From Gemmatimonadota bacterium (GTDB lineage Bacteria; Gemmatimonadota; Gemmatimonadetes; Gemmatimonadales; GWC2-71-9), in assembly GCA_003221005.1 (NCBI GenBank), contig QHTZ01000071.1:16443-80442 (forward strand): a DNA stretch of 64,000 nucleotides, read 5' to 3'. The notes under the pieces are model-generated. The model worked only from the letters and a program-made list of their open reading frames with translations. It was not told the origin of the DNA and did no database searches. A program made the translations under genes and the position numbers. This document shows, piece by piece, positions 1-9,069 of the stretch (position 1 is its first letter; every line of letters begins with the position of its first letter).

Positions 1-477
1 GCCATTTCCCCCGCGTTCGCGGAGGTGTTCTCCGCGCTGGTGCACCTGCGGCGCGCACTGGACGACCGCTGGGGCGCGCTCGGCGCGGCGCGCGCCGCCG
101 TCGACCGTTTCCCCGGCAACCCGGACGCGTGGATGCTGCTCGGCGAAGCGTGCCAGATGGTGTTCCGCCAGAAGGAGGCCCTCGGCGCCTACGAGCAGGC
201 GCTCGCCCTGGAAGAGCGCGCGGATGCCGCGATGGCGGCGGGCGAGCTCTACATGCGCGCCGGGGAGCCCGCCGACGCGGCGGCCCGGTTCGCGCGCGCG
301 TACGCCGCGGGGGGCGGGGCCCCCGCCCTGTGGTCGAACGCCCAGGCGCTGTTCCAGGCGGGCGACACGCGTGCGGCGGACGAGGCGCTGAGCCTGTGGG
401 CAACGCAGGTTCCCGACGGGATGGAGCGCCTGGCTGCGGCACGCGCCGAGCTGCGCGAGGTCAAGCGGGGGAGTTAG
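1..477 (+). CDS. TPR-like helical repeat protein, C-terminal part (ORF open to the left window edge)
   Basis: The frame is open from nt 1 (AISPAFAE...) to TAG 475-477. The listed start at 25 is only the first GTG. Ala/Leu-rich repeats such as NPDAWMLLGEACQMVFRQKEALGAYEQALAL look TPR-like. Confidence 0.5.
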   Translation, partial: AISPAFAEVFSALVHLRRALDDRWGALGAARAAVDRFPGNPDAWMLLGEACQMVFRQKEALGAYEQALALEERADAAMAAGELYMRAGEPADAAARFARAYAAGGGAPALWSNAQALFQAGDTRAADEALSLWATQVPDGMERLAAARAELREVKRGS

Positions 478-584
478 AGGTTCCGCGTTCTCCGGTACAG
501 GAGCAATGCGTAGGTGACGAGGATGACGGCGGCCACTACGTAGGCCGCCACCATGTACCCCCCGTTGGCCGGCCCTTCAGGCAT
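474..584 (-). CDS. ccmD: CcmD-like small heme-exporter membrane protein (36 aa, below the ORF-track cut-off)
   Basis: Translated by hand as MPEGPANGGYMVAAYVVAAVILVTYALLLYRRTRNL. ATG 584-582 overlaps the ccmC stop by 8 nt (ATGCCTGA). It has one TM helix plus a basic tail and sits directly after ccmC, as in ccmABCD operons. Confidence 0.55.
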   Translation of the reverse strand: MPEGPANGGYMVAAYVVAAVILVTYALLLYRRTRNL

Positions 585-1254
585 CGCTCGCCCCCGCCCC
601 CCCCACGTCGCTCGCGCCTGCCAAGGCGTAGCACTGCATCACGAACCCCACGTACAGCAGTGTGAAGACCCCAAACGAGTACAGCAGCGTCACGAGCATG
701 CTGCCGGGGAGCGAGGGCGCGCTCGGTTTCAGCACGATCGGCATCGGATGCAGCGTGCGGAACAGGTACACGCTGAGATGAATGAAGGGGAGCAGCACGA
801 GGCCGCAGATCCCCAGCACCGCCGAGTAGCGGGCCCGCAGCGGCGCCTCGCTCACAGCCCCACGAAGCAGCAGGTAGCCGATGAACAAGAAGAAGAGGAA
901 AAGGGTCAGCGTCAGCCGGGCATCCCAGGTCCACCAGGTGCCCCAGATCGGTTTCGCCCACAGCGGCCCCGTGGTGAGCATGACGAGCGAGAACGCGGTT
1001 CCCACCTCGGCCGACGCGGCGGCGAAGCGATCGAAGCGGTAGTCCTTCATGATCAGAAACAGAATGCTCGCCAGGCCCACGAGACCCATGGCGAGCATCG
1101 CGGACCACGCGGCAGGCACGTGCACATAGAAGATCTTCTGGGCGAGCCCCTGGAACCGCTCTGTGGGTGTGAAAGCGAGCGCGCGCACGTAGATACCGGC
1201 GAGCAGTACGAGGCCCACCAGGGTCAGCCAGCGACCGCGCTGCGCCAGAGTCAT
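577..1254 (-). CDS. ccmC: Heme exporter protein C (cytochrome c maturation, System I)
   Basis: Contains the Trp-rich WWD motif WGTWWTWDARL, is a multi-pass membrane protein, and has an ATGA overlap with ccmB. Confidence 0.9.
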   Translation of the reverse strand: MTLAQRGRWLTLVGLVLLAGIYVRALAFTPTERFQGLAQKIFYVHVPAAWSAMLAMGLVGLASILFLIMKDYRFDRFAAASAEVGTAFSLVMLTTGPLWAKPIWGTWWTWDARLTLTLFLFFLFIGYLLLRGAVSEAPLRARYSAVLGICGLVLLPFIHLSVYLFRTLHPMPIVLKPSAPSLPGSMLVTLLYSFGVFTLLYVGFVMQCYALAGASDVGGAGASDA

Positions 1255-1931
1255 TCGTTCACCGTTGTTGGAAACAGCAGGGTCGCGAGCGTCAGGAACA
1301 CGATGTCGTAGGCGGCGAGCAACCTAAGCCACCCCGTCACCTCGCTCAAGGGCCGGCCCCCGAGCAGCCGGGCCGTGACCTGCACCGCGCCGATGAGGGG
1401 CGGAATCAGGAACGGCAGCAGCAGCACCGGCAGCATCAGCTCGGCGAACCGCGTCCGGATCACCATCGCGCTGAAGAGCGTCCCCACCGCCACGAAGCCT
1501 ACGGTAGCGAGCGCGATCACGCCGATCAGGGGCGCCAGGACTCCGCCCACCGGCACGTCGAAGAACAGCACGAACAACGGCAGTCCCACGCACTCCACCA
1601 CGCCCACGAACACGCAATTCGCGATGAGCTTCGCCCAGTAGAGACTGGTGCGGCTGATCGGCGCCACGAGCAGTCCGTCGAGCGCCTCGTTCTCGAGCTC
1701 CAGCTGGAAGGCGCGGTTCAGCGCCAGCATCGCGGCGAACGTGAACGTCACCCACAGGATGCTGGGCGCGAGGTCCACGGTCGCGACCGCGGTGGGATCA
1801 CGTCCGAAGTTGAAGACCGTGAGCACCAGAGCCGTGAAGACGGCGGCCGAGACGAACGCGGTGCGGGAGCGGAACTCGAGCACCAGGTCCTTGCGCGCGA
1901 TCACCCAGGCGTGCCGCAACACCTCACCCAC
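1251..1931 (-). CDS. ccmB: Heme exporter protein B (ABC permease)
   Basis: A 226-aa six-TM-like protein lying between ccmA and ccmC. The N-terminus (IARKDLVLEFRSR) is typical of CcmB. It has start/stop overlaps on both sides. Confidence 0.85.
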   Translation of the reverse strand: MGEVLRHAWVIARKDLVLEFRSRTAFVSAAVFTALVLTVFNFGRDPTAVATVDLAPSILWVTFTFAAMLALNRAFQLELENEALDGLLVAPISRTSLYWAKLIANCVFVGVVECVGLPLFVLFFDVPVGGVLAPLIGVIALATVGFVAVGTLFSAMVIRTRFAELMLPVLLLPFLIPPLIGAVQVTARLLGGRPLSEVTGWLRLLAAYDIVFLTLATLLFPTTVNE

Positions 1932-2604
1932 CGGTCACCGCCCGCCGGTACGCGTCGGCGATCTCGCCCGGGCCGCGGGCTCCCCGCGGCGCGAGCTGCA
2001 CGAACCGCCCCCGCGCCTGGAATGCGACGTCGGTCGCGAGCTCGACCCCCTCATCCACGTTGTGGGTAGCGAGCACCACGATCCGTCCCTTCCCGGCGAG
2101 CTCCGCCAACAACGCGCGGAACTCCGCCGCGGCGGCGAGGTCGAGCCCCGTGAACGGCTCGTCGAGCAGCAGCACCTCCGGATCGTGCATCAGCGCGCGC
2201 GCGATCGTCACCCGCTGCATCAGGCCGCGCGACAGTACCCGCACAGGAACATCCGCCCGGTCGGCGACGCCAAGCCGACCCAGCAGCTCGGCCGCGCGCG
2301 CCCGGCTCAACGGCCGCGCGACGTCGTACAGCGCCGCCCAGAAGAGCAGGTTCTCCCGCACGGTGAGATGCCCGTAGAGATAGGATTGGTGCCCGATCCA
2401 CCCAACCGCCCGGCGTCCCCCAGTGACCTCGGCGCGGCCCCCTTCCGGCCGGATCAACCCGGCGAGCACCTTGAGGAGAGTCGTCTTCCCCGCCCCATTC
2501 GGCCCGAACAGGGCCAGCGTCTGCCCTTCGCCAAGGGTGAACGAGATACCGTCGAGCGCCCGGACCGGGCCGAAGCTGTGCCGCAGGTCTTCAGCGCACA
2601 GCAT
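1924..2604 (-). CDS. ccmA: Heme exporter ATP-binding protein A
   Basis: Contains Walker A GPNGAGKTT, ABC signature LSRGLMQR and Walker B LLLDEP. It overlaps ccmB by 8 nt. Confidence 0.85.
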   Translation of the reverse strand: MLCAEDLRHSFGPVRALDGISFTLGEGQTLALFGPNGAGKTTLLKVLAGLIRPEGGRAEVTGGRRAVGWIGHQSYLYGHLTVRENLLFWAALYDVARPLSRARAAELLGRLGVADRADVPVRVLSRGLMQRVTIARALMHDPEVLLLDEPFTGLDLAAAAEFRALLAELAGKGRIVVLATHNVDEGVELATDVAFQARGRFVQLAPRGARGPGEIADAYRRAVTGG

Positions 2605-2959
2605 CGATGCGCGCGGCGAGATCGTCCATGTTGAAGGGCTTGACCAGGTATCCGCTGTGCCCGAGGTCGAGCATGGTCATGAGGGGCTCCATGCTCACGT
2701 AGGCGGTCGTCACGATCACCGGCAGGCTGGGATGAGAAGCGCGGATTTCCTGGAGCAGGGCCACCCCGTCGGTGTCGGGCAGCCGCATGTCGAGTACAAG
2801 CACGTCCGGCTCGAAGCTCTCGAGACGCCGCAGCGCCTCGCTGCCGCTGGCCGCGAACGCCATCTGGTAATGCGCGGCGAAGTACCGCTCATAGTTCGCG
2901 CGGATGGGAGCCTCGTCTTCGACGAAGAGAACCTTGCGTCGCGACGCCGCGGGCTCCAT
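2591..2959 (-). CDS. Single-domain (CheY-like) response regulator
   Basis: Receiver motifs are present: VLFVEDE, VLVLDMRLPDTDG (phospho-acceptor Asp), VIVTTAY and LVKPF. There is no output domain. Its stop lies 14 nt inside ccmA. Confidence 0.85.
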   Translation of the reverse strand: MEPAASRRKVLFVEDEAPIRANYERYFAAHYQMAFAASGSEALRRLESFEPDVLVLDMRLPDTDGVALLQEIRASHPSLPVIVTTAYVSMEPLMTMLDLGHSGYLVKPFNMDDLAARIDAVR

Positions 2960-3006
2960 GGCTGGGCAATATAGCGTCCCACCCGGAGGAGCGTTCTACA
3001 GACGGT

Positions 3007-3324
3007 CTACCGCCCGCCGCTCTCCAGCTCGAACAGGTCGTCCAGCTTGGTCAGCACCAGGAGGAAGCGCAGCTCCTCGTTCGCGCCGCGCAGACACACG
3101 GTGAGCCGTCGCTCGGCCGCCTTGCGCTGGATCAGCATCAACGCTCCGAGCCCCGCGCTGTCCACCGCCCGCGTCGCCGAGAGGTCGATCACCAGCCGCC
3201 CCGCGCCTTCCGGCAGCTGGTCCAGCAGCTCGCCAGCGGCCCGGCGGAAACCGGTCCGCGACTCGAGGCCCAGCTCCTCGGGGGCGGCCAGCACCTTCTC
3301 CGTGGGTCGCGTCGTCATTGCCAT
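3007..3324 (-). CDS. STAS-domain protein (anti-sigma-factor antagonist-like)
   Basis: The segment LVIDLSATRAVDSAGLGALMLIQRKAAERRLTVCLRGANEELRFLLVLTKLDDLFEL is typical of SpoIIAA/STAS. I prefer the ATG at 3324 (MAMTTRP), which follows GGAGGAG, over the Arg-rich 163-aa extension to 3498. Confidence 0.75.
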   Translation of the reverse strand: MAMTTRPTEKVLAAPEELGLESRTGFRRAAGELLDQLPEGAGRLVIDLSATRAVDSAGLGALMLIQRKAAERRLTVCLRGANEELRFLLVLTKLDDLFELESGGR

Positions 3325-3550
3325 CAGCTCCTCCACACGCAGCTCCTGCAAGGTCCGGCGGCGTGCTGTGCGACTCCGGTGCCACCGAGCTAAGCTGCGG
3401 CCGATCAACCGCTTGTCAAAGCGCCGGTGAGGTCGCTCACGTGCTGCGGCGCCGCAACGCGAGCGCCTGGACGCAGAATGCAAGGACCGGGCGAGCACCG
3501 CTTGACCCTGACGCCGTTGCCGTGCAGCATACCCGTAGGAGGCGAATCAC

Positions 3551-5656
3551 ATGGCGAAGGCAATCGAAAAGCAGGAGCTAACCGAGGTCAGCGAAGCGCA
3601 GATCGCGGTGCATTGGAAGGAAGAGGACTACTATCAGCCTTCCGAGAAGTTCAAGGCACAAGCGAACATGCGGGACGCGCGCATCCTTGAGAAGTTCAGT
3701 CTCGAGCGTTTTCCCGACTGCTTCAAGGAATATGCGGACCAGCTGACCTGGTTCGAGCCCTACCGCACCGTCCTCGATACCAGCGACGCCCCGTTCTGGA
3801 AATGGTTCGTCGGGGGCAAGATCAACGCATCGTACAACTGCGTAGACCGTCATCTGGCCAAGTATGGAAACAAAGCCGCATTCATTTTCGTGCCCGAGCC
3901 GGAAAAAGAGCCGGATGTGGCGATCAGCTATCAGGAGTTGTACGCCCGGGTGAATGAATTGGCCGCCCTGCTGCGCGGCCTGGGACTCAAGGCGGGAGAC
4001 CGGGTCACCTTCCATATGCCGATGGTCCCGGAGCTGCCGATCACGATGCTCGCATGTGCCCGGCTGGGGATCATCCACTCACAAGTCTTTGGCGGGTTCA
4101 GCGGTCAGGCGTGCGGCTCGCGCATTCAGGATTCCGGCAGCCGCGTGCTGGTCACGATGGACAGCTATTGGCGAAACGGCGCGCTCGTGGATCACAAGGC
4201 GAATGCCGACATCGCGGTGCGGACGGCGAAAGAGTTGGGGCAGGACGTCGATAAGGTCCTGGTGTGGCAGCGGTATCCCGGAAAGTATTCCGCCAAGACG
4301 CCGATGGTTCCCGGTCGCGATTTCTTTGTCAACGACCTGCTCAAGGAGTACCAAGGCAAGAAAGTGGAGCCCGTTGCCCTACCCTCTGAGGGGCCCCTGT
4401 TCTTGATGTACTCGAGCGGCACGACGGGCAAGCCCAAGGGCGCGCAACATAGTATCGCGGGTTATCTGGCCTATGTGGCCGCCACGTCCAAGTGGATTCT
4501 CGACATTCATCCCGACGATATCTACTGGTGCATGGCGGACATCGGCTGGATCACGGGGCATTCCTACATCGTCTACGGTCCCCTGGCGAACGCCGCGACG
4601 AGCGTGCTGTACGAAGGCGTGCCCACATTCCCTGACGCCGGGCGGCCCTGGCGCATCGCCGAGCGTTTGGGCGTGAACATTTTCCATACCGCGCCGACCG
4701 CCATTCGCATGTTGCGGAAGCTGGGTCCCCAGGAACCGCGCAAGTACAACTACCAGTTCAAGTCGATGACGACGGTGGGCGAGCCGATCGAGCCGGAGGC
4801 GTGGCGCTGGTATTACGACGAGGTCGGTAAACGCGAAGCCGTGATCACGGACACCTGGTGGATGACCGAGACCGGCGGCTTTCTCGGGACGACCGTTCCA
4901 GCGATCCAGCCGATGAAGCCGGGCAGCTGCGGTCCCGGCGCACCGGGGATTCACCCAGTGATTTACGACGAGACGGGCGCGGAGGTCCCCAAGGGCTCCG
5001 GCAGGGCAGGCAACATCTGCATCCGCAATCCGTGGCCCGGCATCATGCAGACGATCTGGGGCGACCGCGACCGCTATGTGAAGACGTATTTCGCCAAGTA
5101 CAACAAGAATCCCCGGAGCAAGGACTGGCGCGACTGGCCCTTCATGTGCGGCGATGGCGCGGTGCAAGCTGCCGACGGCTACTATCGCGTCCTCGGCCGT
5201 ATCGACGACGTGATCAACGTTGCGGGTCACCGCCTCGGCACGAAGGAGATCGAATCCGCCTGTCTCACGGTCCCGGAAGTCGCTGAGGCCGCCGTCGTCC
5301 CCGTCCAAGACGAGCTCAAGGGACGAGTCCCCGAGGTGTACATCGCGGTGAAGCCGGGCGTGCAGCCGAGCCAGGACGTGATCGACCGCGTGATCAAGGC
5401 GAACGAAGAGGTGATTGGCAAGATCGCGCGACCCAAGCACGTCTACATCGTGCCCGACATGCCCAAAACGCGCTCCGGGAAGATCATGCGCCGCGTGCTT
5501 GCGGCCATCTCGAATCGCAGAGACGTCGGCGATGTGACGACCCTCGCGAACCCGGACGTGGTCGAGCAAATCCGCACGATGGTGCAAGGCAAGGAAACCG
5601 TCACCAAGCAAGGGGCGCTGCCGGAGGACATCGCGAAGTTCGGCGAAGTCGAGTGA
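3551..5656 (+). CDS. acs: AMP-forming acetyl-CoA synthetase family ligase (701 aa)
   Basis: Contains the AMP-binding motif YSSGTTGKPKG, plus DTWWMTETGG, GRIDDVINVAGHRLGT and PKTRSGKIMRR. GGAGG lies 8 nt upstream of the ATG. Confidence 0.85.
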   Translation: MAKAIEKQELTEVSEAQIAVHWKEEDYYQPSEKFKAQANMRDARILEKFSLERFPDCFKEYADQLTWFEPYRTVLDTSDAPFWKWFVGGKINASYNCVDRHLAKYGNKAAFIFVPEPEKEPDVAISYQELYARVNELAALLRGLGLKAGDRVTFHMPMVPELPITMLACARLGIIHSQVFGGFSGQACGSRIQDSGSRVLVTMDSYWRNGALVDHKANADIAVRTAKELGQDVDKVLVWQRYPGKYSAKTPMVPGRDFFVNDLLKEYQGKKVEPVALPSEGPLFLMYSSGTTGKPKGAQHSIAGYLAYVAATSKWILDIHPDDIYWCMADIGWITGHSYIVYGPLANAATSVLYEGVPTFPDAGRPWRIAERLGVNIFHTAPTAIRMLRKLGPQEPRKYNYQFKSMTTVGEPIEPEAWRWYYDEVGKREAVITDTWWMTETGGFLGTTVPAIQPMKPGSCGPGAPGIHPVIYDETGAEVPKGSGRAGNICIRNPWPGIMQTIWGDRDRYVKTYFAKYNKNPRSKDWRDWPFMCGDGAVQAADGYYRVLGRIDDVINVAGHRLGTKEIESACLTVPEVAEAAVVPVQDELKGRVPEVYIAVKPGVQPSQDVIDRVIKANEEVIGKIARPKHVYIVPDMPKTRSGKIMRRVLAAISNRRDVGDVTTLANPDVVEQIRTMVQGKETVTKQGALPEDIAKFGEVE

Positions 5657-5670
5657 AGCGGCTCAAGGGC

Positions 5671-5728
5671 GGCGACGGTCCCGCGCAGCGACTGCGTCGT
5701 TTTGTCGCGGAGCGGGACCGTCGTCGCC
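5671..5728. terminator. GC-rich stem-loop between convergent acs and kup (possible bidirectional terminator)
   Basis: GGCGACGGTCCCGC (5671-5684) pairs with GCGGGACCGTCG(tcg)CC (5712-5728), giving 12+2 bp with a 3-nt bulge. The loop holds a smaller hairpin followed by TTTT. There is no strong U-tract after the outer stem. Confidence 0.35.
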
Positions 5729-5734
5729 CGACCG

Positions 5735-7633
5735 TTACAGCTCTACCTGCGCCCCGACTTCGAACACCTGGTTCGCCGGGATCTTGAAGAAGGCCGTCGC
5801 CCGCATCGCGTTGCGCGACATGAAGGCGAACAGGCTCTCCCGCCACTGGGCCATCCCGGGCCGGTCGGAGGCAACCAGCGTCTCGCGACCCAGGAAGAAC
5901 GTCGTTCCCTCAATCCGGATGTCGAGCGCCTGCACCCGGCATGCCGCCAGGACATCGTCGATATCCGGATCCTCCATGAAGCCGTAGCGAGCGACCACGC
6001 TGTGAAAGCCCTTCCCGAAGCGCTTGACCGTCACGCGCTCCTTCGACCGCACGTGAGGAATGTCCTCCGTCACCACCGTCAGGAACACGATCTTTTCGTG
6101 GAGCACCTTGTTGTGCGCAAGGTTGTGCACCAACGCCGGCGGCGTCCCGTCGGCGCTGCCGTACATGAAGACCGCCGTGCCAGGCACGCGGATCGGCGGC
6201 TCCGCCGCGAGATCGGCGAGCAGCATCTTGAGGGGCACCGTCTTCTCCAACATCCGCTTGGCGAGGATCTCCCGCCCGCGCTTCCAGGTGATCATCAGCG
6301 TGAAGAGGCCCGCCGCAATGGCGAGCGGGACCCAGCCGCCGTAGCGGATCTTCAGCATGTTGGCCGCGAAGAACGGCACATCCATCAGAAGAAAGAGCCC
6401 CACGACGAGTGCAGCGCGCGGAATGCTCCAACCCCAGACTTCGCGACACATCACGTAGAACATGAGCGTCGTAATGAGCATCAGCGCGGACAGGGCCACG
6501 CCATACGCCCCGGCGATGTTGCTCGACGTGCGGAAGCCCAGCACCAACGCGCACGTGAGGATCATGAGGCCCCAATTGACGGACGGGACGTAGATCTGAC
6601 CGATCTCGCGCGAGGAGGTGTGCTCGATGCGGAGCCGCGGGCTGTAGCTCAGCTGCACCGCCTGGCGCGTCAGCGAGAAGGCGCCGGAGATCACGGCCTG
6701 CGACGCGATGATCGTCGCCGCCGTCGCGAGCGCGATCAAGGGATACAGAGCCCAGCTCGGTGCAAGATGGTAGAAGGGGTTCTCCGCCGTGGCCGGGTCC
6801 CGCAGCAGCAGCGCTCCCTGACCGAAGTAGTTGAGGAGCAGGCAGGGGAGCGCGCTGCTGAACCACGCGATCTGGATCGCGCGGTGGCCGAAATGGCCGA
6901 GGTCCGCGTACAGGGCTTCCCCACCGGTGACGACCAGGAACACGGCGCCGAGCACGATGAAGCCCCGCCCGAAGTCCGCTGCGAAGAACCGCACCGCGTA
7001 CGAGGGGGACATAGCCGCCAGGACCCCGGGTTGACGAAGGATTTCACTCAACCCGAGCACGCCCAGGGTCGCGAACCAGACGAGCATCACCGGGCCGAAC
7101 AGCGCGCCGATCTTCGCCGTTCCACGGCTTTGCAACAGGAACAGGCCGATCAGGATCCCGAGCGTCACGGGGATGATCCACGACGCGAGCGCCGGCGTCG
7201 CGATCTCGAGCCCCTCGACGGCGCTGAGCACAGAGATGGCTGGCGTGAGCGCGCCGTCGGCGTACAGCAGCGCCGACCCGAAGATGCCCAGGACGATCAT
7301 GATCCGGCGAGGCGACAGCCCCCGGGCGAGGCGGCTGCCGTTGACGAGCGCCATCAGGGCGAGCACGCCCCCTTCCCCCTTGTTGTCCGCACGGATGATC
7401 ACGACGTGGTACTTGATCGTGACGACGAGGATCAACGACCAGAACACGAGTGAGAGGACGCCGAGCACGTTGCCCGGGGTGACGGCGATGCCGTGGGTGC
7501 CGTAGAACGACTCGCGGATCGCGTACAGCGGGCTCGTGCCGATGTCGCCGTAGACGATGCCCAGCGCGGCGAGAGCGAGGGTGGCCAGGTAGCGGCCGCG
7601 CGGCGCAGCCCTGCGCTCCGAGGGCGGGCTCAT
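5735..7633 (-). CDS. kup: KUP/HAK/KT potassium uptake transporter
   Basis: The N-terminal signature GIVYGDIGTSPLY, about 12 TM segments and a C-terminal cytoplasmic domain match Kup. Length is 632 aa. Confidence 0.9.
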   Translation of the reverse strand: MSPPSERRAAPRGRYLATLALAALGIVYGDIGTSPLYAIRESFYGTHGIAVTPGNVLGVLSLVFWSLILVVTIKYHVVIIRADNKGEGGVLALMALVNGSRLARGLSPRRIMIVLGIFGSALLYADGALTPAISVLSAVEGLEIATPALASWIIPVTLGILIGLFLLQSRGTAKIGALFGPVMLVWFATLGVLGLSEILRQPGVLAAMSPSYAVRFFAADFGRGFIVLGAVFLVVTGGEALYADLGHFGHRAIQIAWFSSALPCLLLNYFGQGALLLRDPATAENPFYHLAPSWALYPLIALATAATIIASQAVISGAFSLTRQAVQLSYSPRLRIEHTSSREIGQIYVPSVNWGLMILTCALVLGFRTSSNIAGAYGVALSALMLITTLMFYVMCREVWGWSIPRAALVVGLFLLMDVPFFAANMLKIRYGGWVPLAIAAGLFTLMITWKRGREILAKRMLEKTVPLKMLLADLAAEPPIRVPGTAVFMYGSADGTPPALVHNLAHNKVLHEKIVFLTVVTEDIPHVRSKERVTVKRFGKGFHSVVARYGFMEDPDIDDVLAACRVQALDIRIEGTTFFLGRETLVASDRPGMAQWRESLFAFMSRNAMRATAFFKIPANQVFEVGAQVEL

Positions 7634-7688
7634 GGCGCTGAATATTAGCGGGTCGAAGGGGGCGCGCTGCTTGCGGCCGACGGACTCG

Positions 7689-8108
7689 TCATGTGTTGCG
7701 ACGCACGCCGGCGAGCGCCAGGATCCAGACCGCCGTGATGATCGCCGCCGAGCCGAGGCACCACCGGCAGAACGCGTGGATCACGAACAGCTCGAGCGCG
7801 GTGAGGTAGAGCGTGAACGCGAACCCGATCGACGCGAGCACGGCGAGCGCCACATCCGGCCGGCGCCGCGCCGCGGCGGCCGGCTGCAACGCCGCCAGAC
7901 TCACGAGGAATAGCGCCGCGTAACCCGCGACGCCGTACAGCGCGACCGGCAACCCGAAGAGCTCGGCGTAGGGACTCGCCTGCACCGTCTCGCACCCACC
8001 AGTGCCGCAGCGCAGCTCGCCCATGACGCCCAGCTTGTAGAGCCACAAATAGAGCGCGACGAAGCAGCCCGCGAGCGCGAGCACGGCGATCGCCTGGCGC
8101 CGCCGCAT
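7689..8108 (-). CDS. Vitamin K epoxide reductase (VKOR) family membrane oxidoreductase
   Basis: A 139-aa protein (MRRRQAIAVLALAGC...) with loop Cys pair CGTGGC and active-site CRWC in a TM helix. Its ATG shares one nt with the stop of the upstream DsbA-like gene (TGATG). Confidence 0.8.
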   Translation of the reverse strand: MRRRQAIAVLALAGCFVALYLWLYKLGVMGELRCGTGGCETVQASPYAELFGLPVALYGVAGYAALFLVSLAALQPAAAARRRPDVALAVLASIGFAFTLYLTALELFVIHAFCRWCLGSAAIITAVWILALAGVRRNT

Positions 8109-8773
8109 CAGCGCTTGCGACGTCCAGCAGTCAGGCTGTCGACCAGTGCCTTGAAGGCGTCCGACGTGGGGTTGCCCTGGAACCGGCGGCCGTCGACGAA
8201 GAACGTCGGGGTGCCCTGGACCCCGCGGGCCTCGCCTTCCTGGTAGCTCGCGTCGATGCGGCCAGCGTACCGCTGGCTCCGCATGCAGGCGTCGTACTTG
8301 TCGACGTCGACGCCGATGTCCTTCGCGAAGCGGCGAAACAGGTCGCTCGGATCCTTCCCGGTCTGCGCCCACTGGTGCCGGGTGAAGAGCGCGTCGTGCA
8401 TTTCCCAGAACCTGGCCTGCTCGCCGGCGCACTGGGCCGCCAGCGCGGCGAGGTGGGAGTACTTGTGGGCCGACAGCGGAAACTCGCGATAGCGCCAGCG
8501 CACTTTCCCCGTCGCGATGAGCTGCTCGCGCACCACCGGCATCTGGACGGTGGCGAACGCGGCGCACCACGGGCACTCGAAGTCCGAGTACTCCGTGACC
8601 TCGATCGGCGCGGCGTCACTCCCCAAGGTGAACCCGCGAAACCCGTCCGCTGCCGCCGCTGGCACGGGAGCCGTGGAACTCGGCTCAGCGGTGGACTTGT
8701 GGTTGGCCGAGTAGACCAGCCACCCGCCGCCGGCGAGAAACACCACGGCGAGCAGCACGTAGAACCCCTTCAT
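8108..8773 (-). CDS. DsbA-family thiol:disulfide oxidoreductase (membrane-anchored)
   Basis: Contains an N-terminal TM anchor, the thioredoxin-fold active site FECPWC and the TPTFFVDG motif. Confidence 0.85.
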   Translation of the reverse strand: MKGFYVLLAVVFLAGGGWLVYSANHKSTAEPSSTAPVPAAAADGFRGFTLGSDAAPIEVTEYSDFECPWCAAFATVQMPVVREQLIATGKVRWRYREFPLSAHKYSHLAALAAQCAGEQARFWEMHDALFTRHQWAQTGKDPSDLFRRFAKDIGVDVDKYDACMRSQRYAGRIDASYQEGEARGVQGTPTFFVDGRRFQGNPTSDAFKALVDSLTAGRRKR

Positions 8774-9069
8774 CCCTCCTCCTCCCCGTCGCCCCCCTCG
8801 AACTCGAGCTCCCGCGCCCGTCGCTCGGCATCCTCCACGATGCGACGGCTCTCGGCGACCTCAGGCGTGTCGTACGTGAGCCGCACTTCGTAGTGAAACA
8901 ATTCGCTGCGCGCGTTCCCGAGCAGCTTCTGAAGCTCGGGCGCCGCCTCGAGCAGGCCATTGGCCCGATCGAGCTCCTGGATCCGCTCGGCGAGCGCGCG
9001 CAACAGCGATACCAGCCGCTGGGCGCGCTCGGGACCGTACACCTCGTCCTGCCCGCGATCGTCCGTCAT
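8770..9069 (-). CDS. Hypothetical acidic helical protein (99 aa), first gene of the DsbA/VKOR operon
   Basis: Has an ATGA overlap with the DsbA-like gene. Its composition is non-repetitive and protein-like. I recognise no family. Confidence 0.5.
   Translation of the reverse strand: MTDDRGQDEVYGPERAQRLVSLLRALAERIQELDRANGLLEAAPELQKLLGNARSELFHYEVRLTYDTPEVAESRRIVEDAERRARELEFEGGDGEEEG

Noticed and set aside
5702-7453. A 583-aa ORF on the + strand opposite kup. Similar long shadow ORFs include 4379-5611 (-), 20252-21505 (+), 38343-39701 (+) and 44951-45090 region frames.
   Set aside because: The translations are Arg/Pro/Gly/His-rich low-complexity strings with no motifs. They lie antisense to, or out of frame with, genes that carry clear family signatures. 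Such ORFs are expected artefacts of stop-codon-poor high-GC DNA.
8109-8576. The long 295-aa form of the VKOR ORF (7689-8576). Similar N-terminal extensions occur at 3325-3498, 10403-10918, 16803-17123, 48941-49069 and 60395-60751.
   Set aside because: The extensions overlap the adjacent upstream gene in another frame, are Arg/Pro/Gly-rich, and are followed by internal ATG/GTG starts with Shine-Dalgarno-like sequences or ATGA-type coupling.
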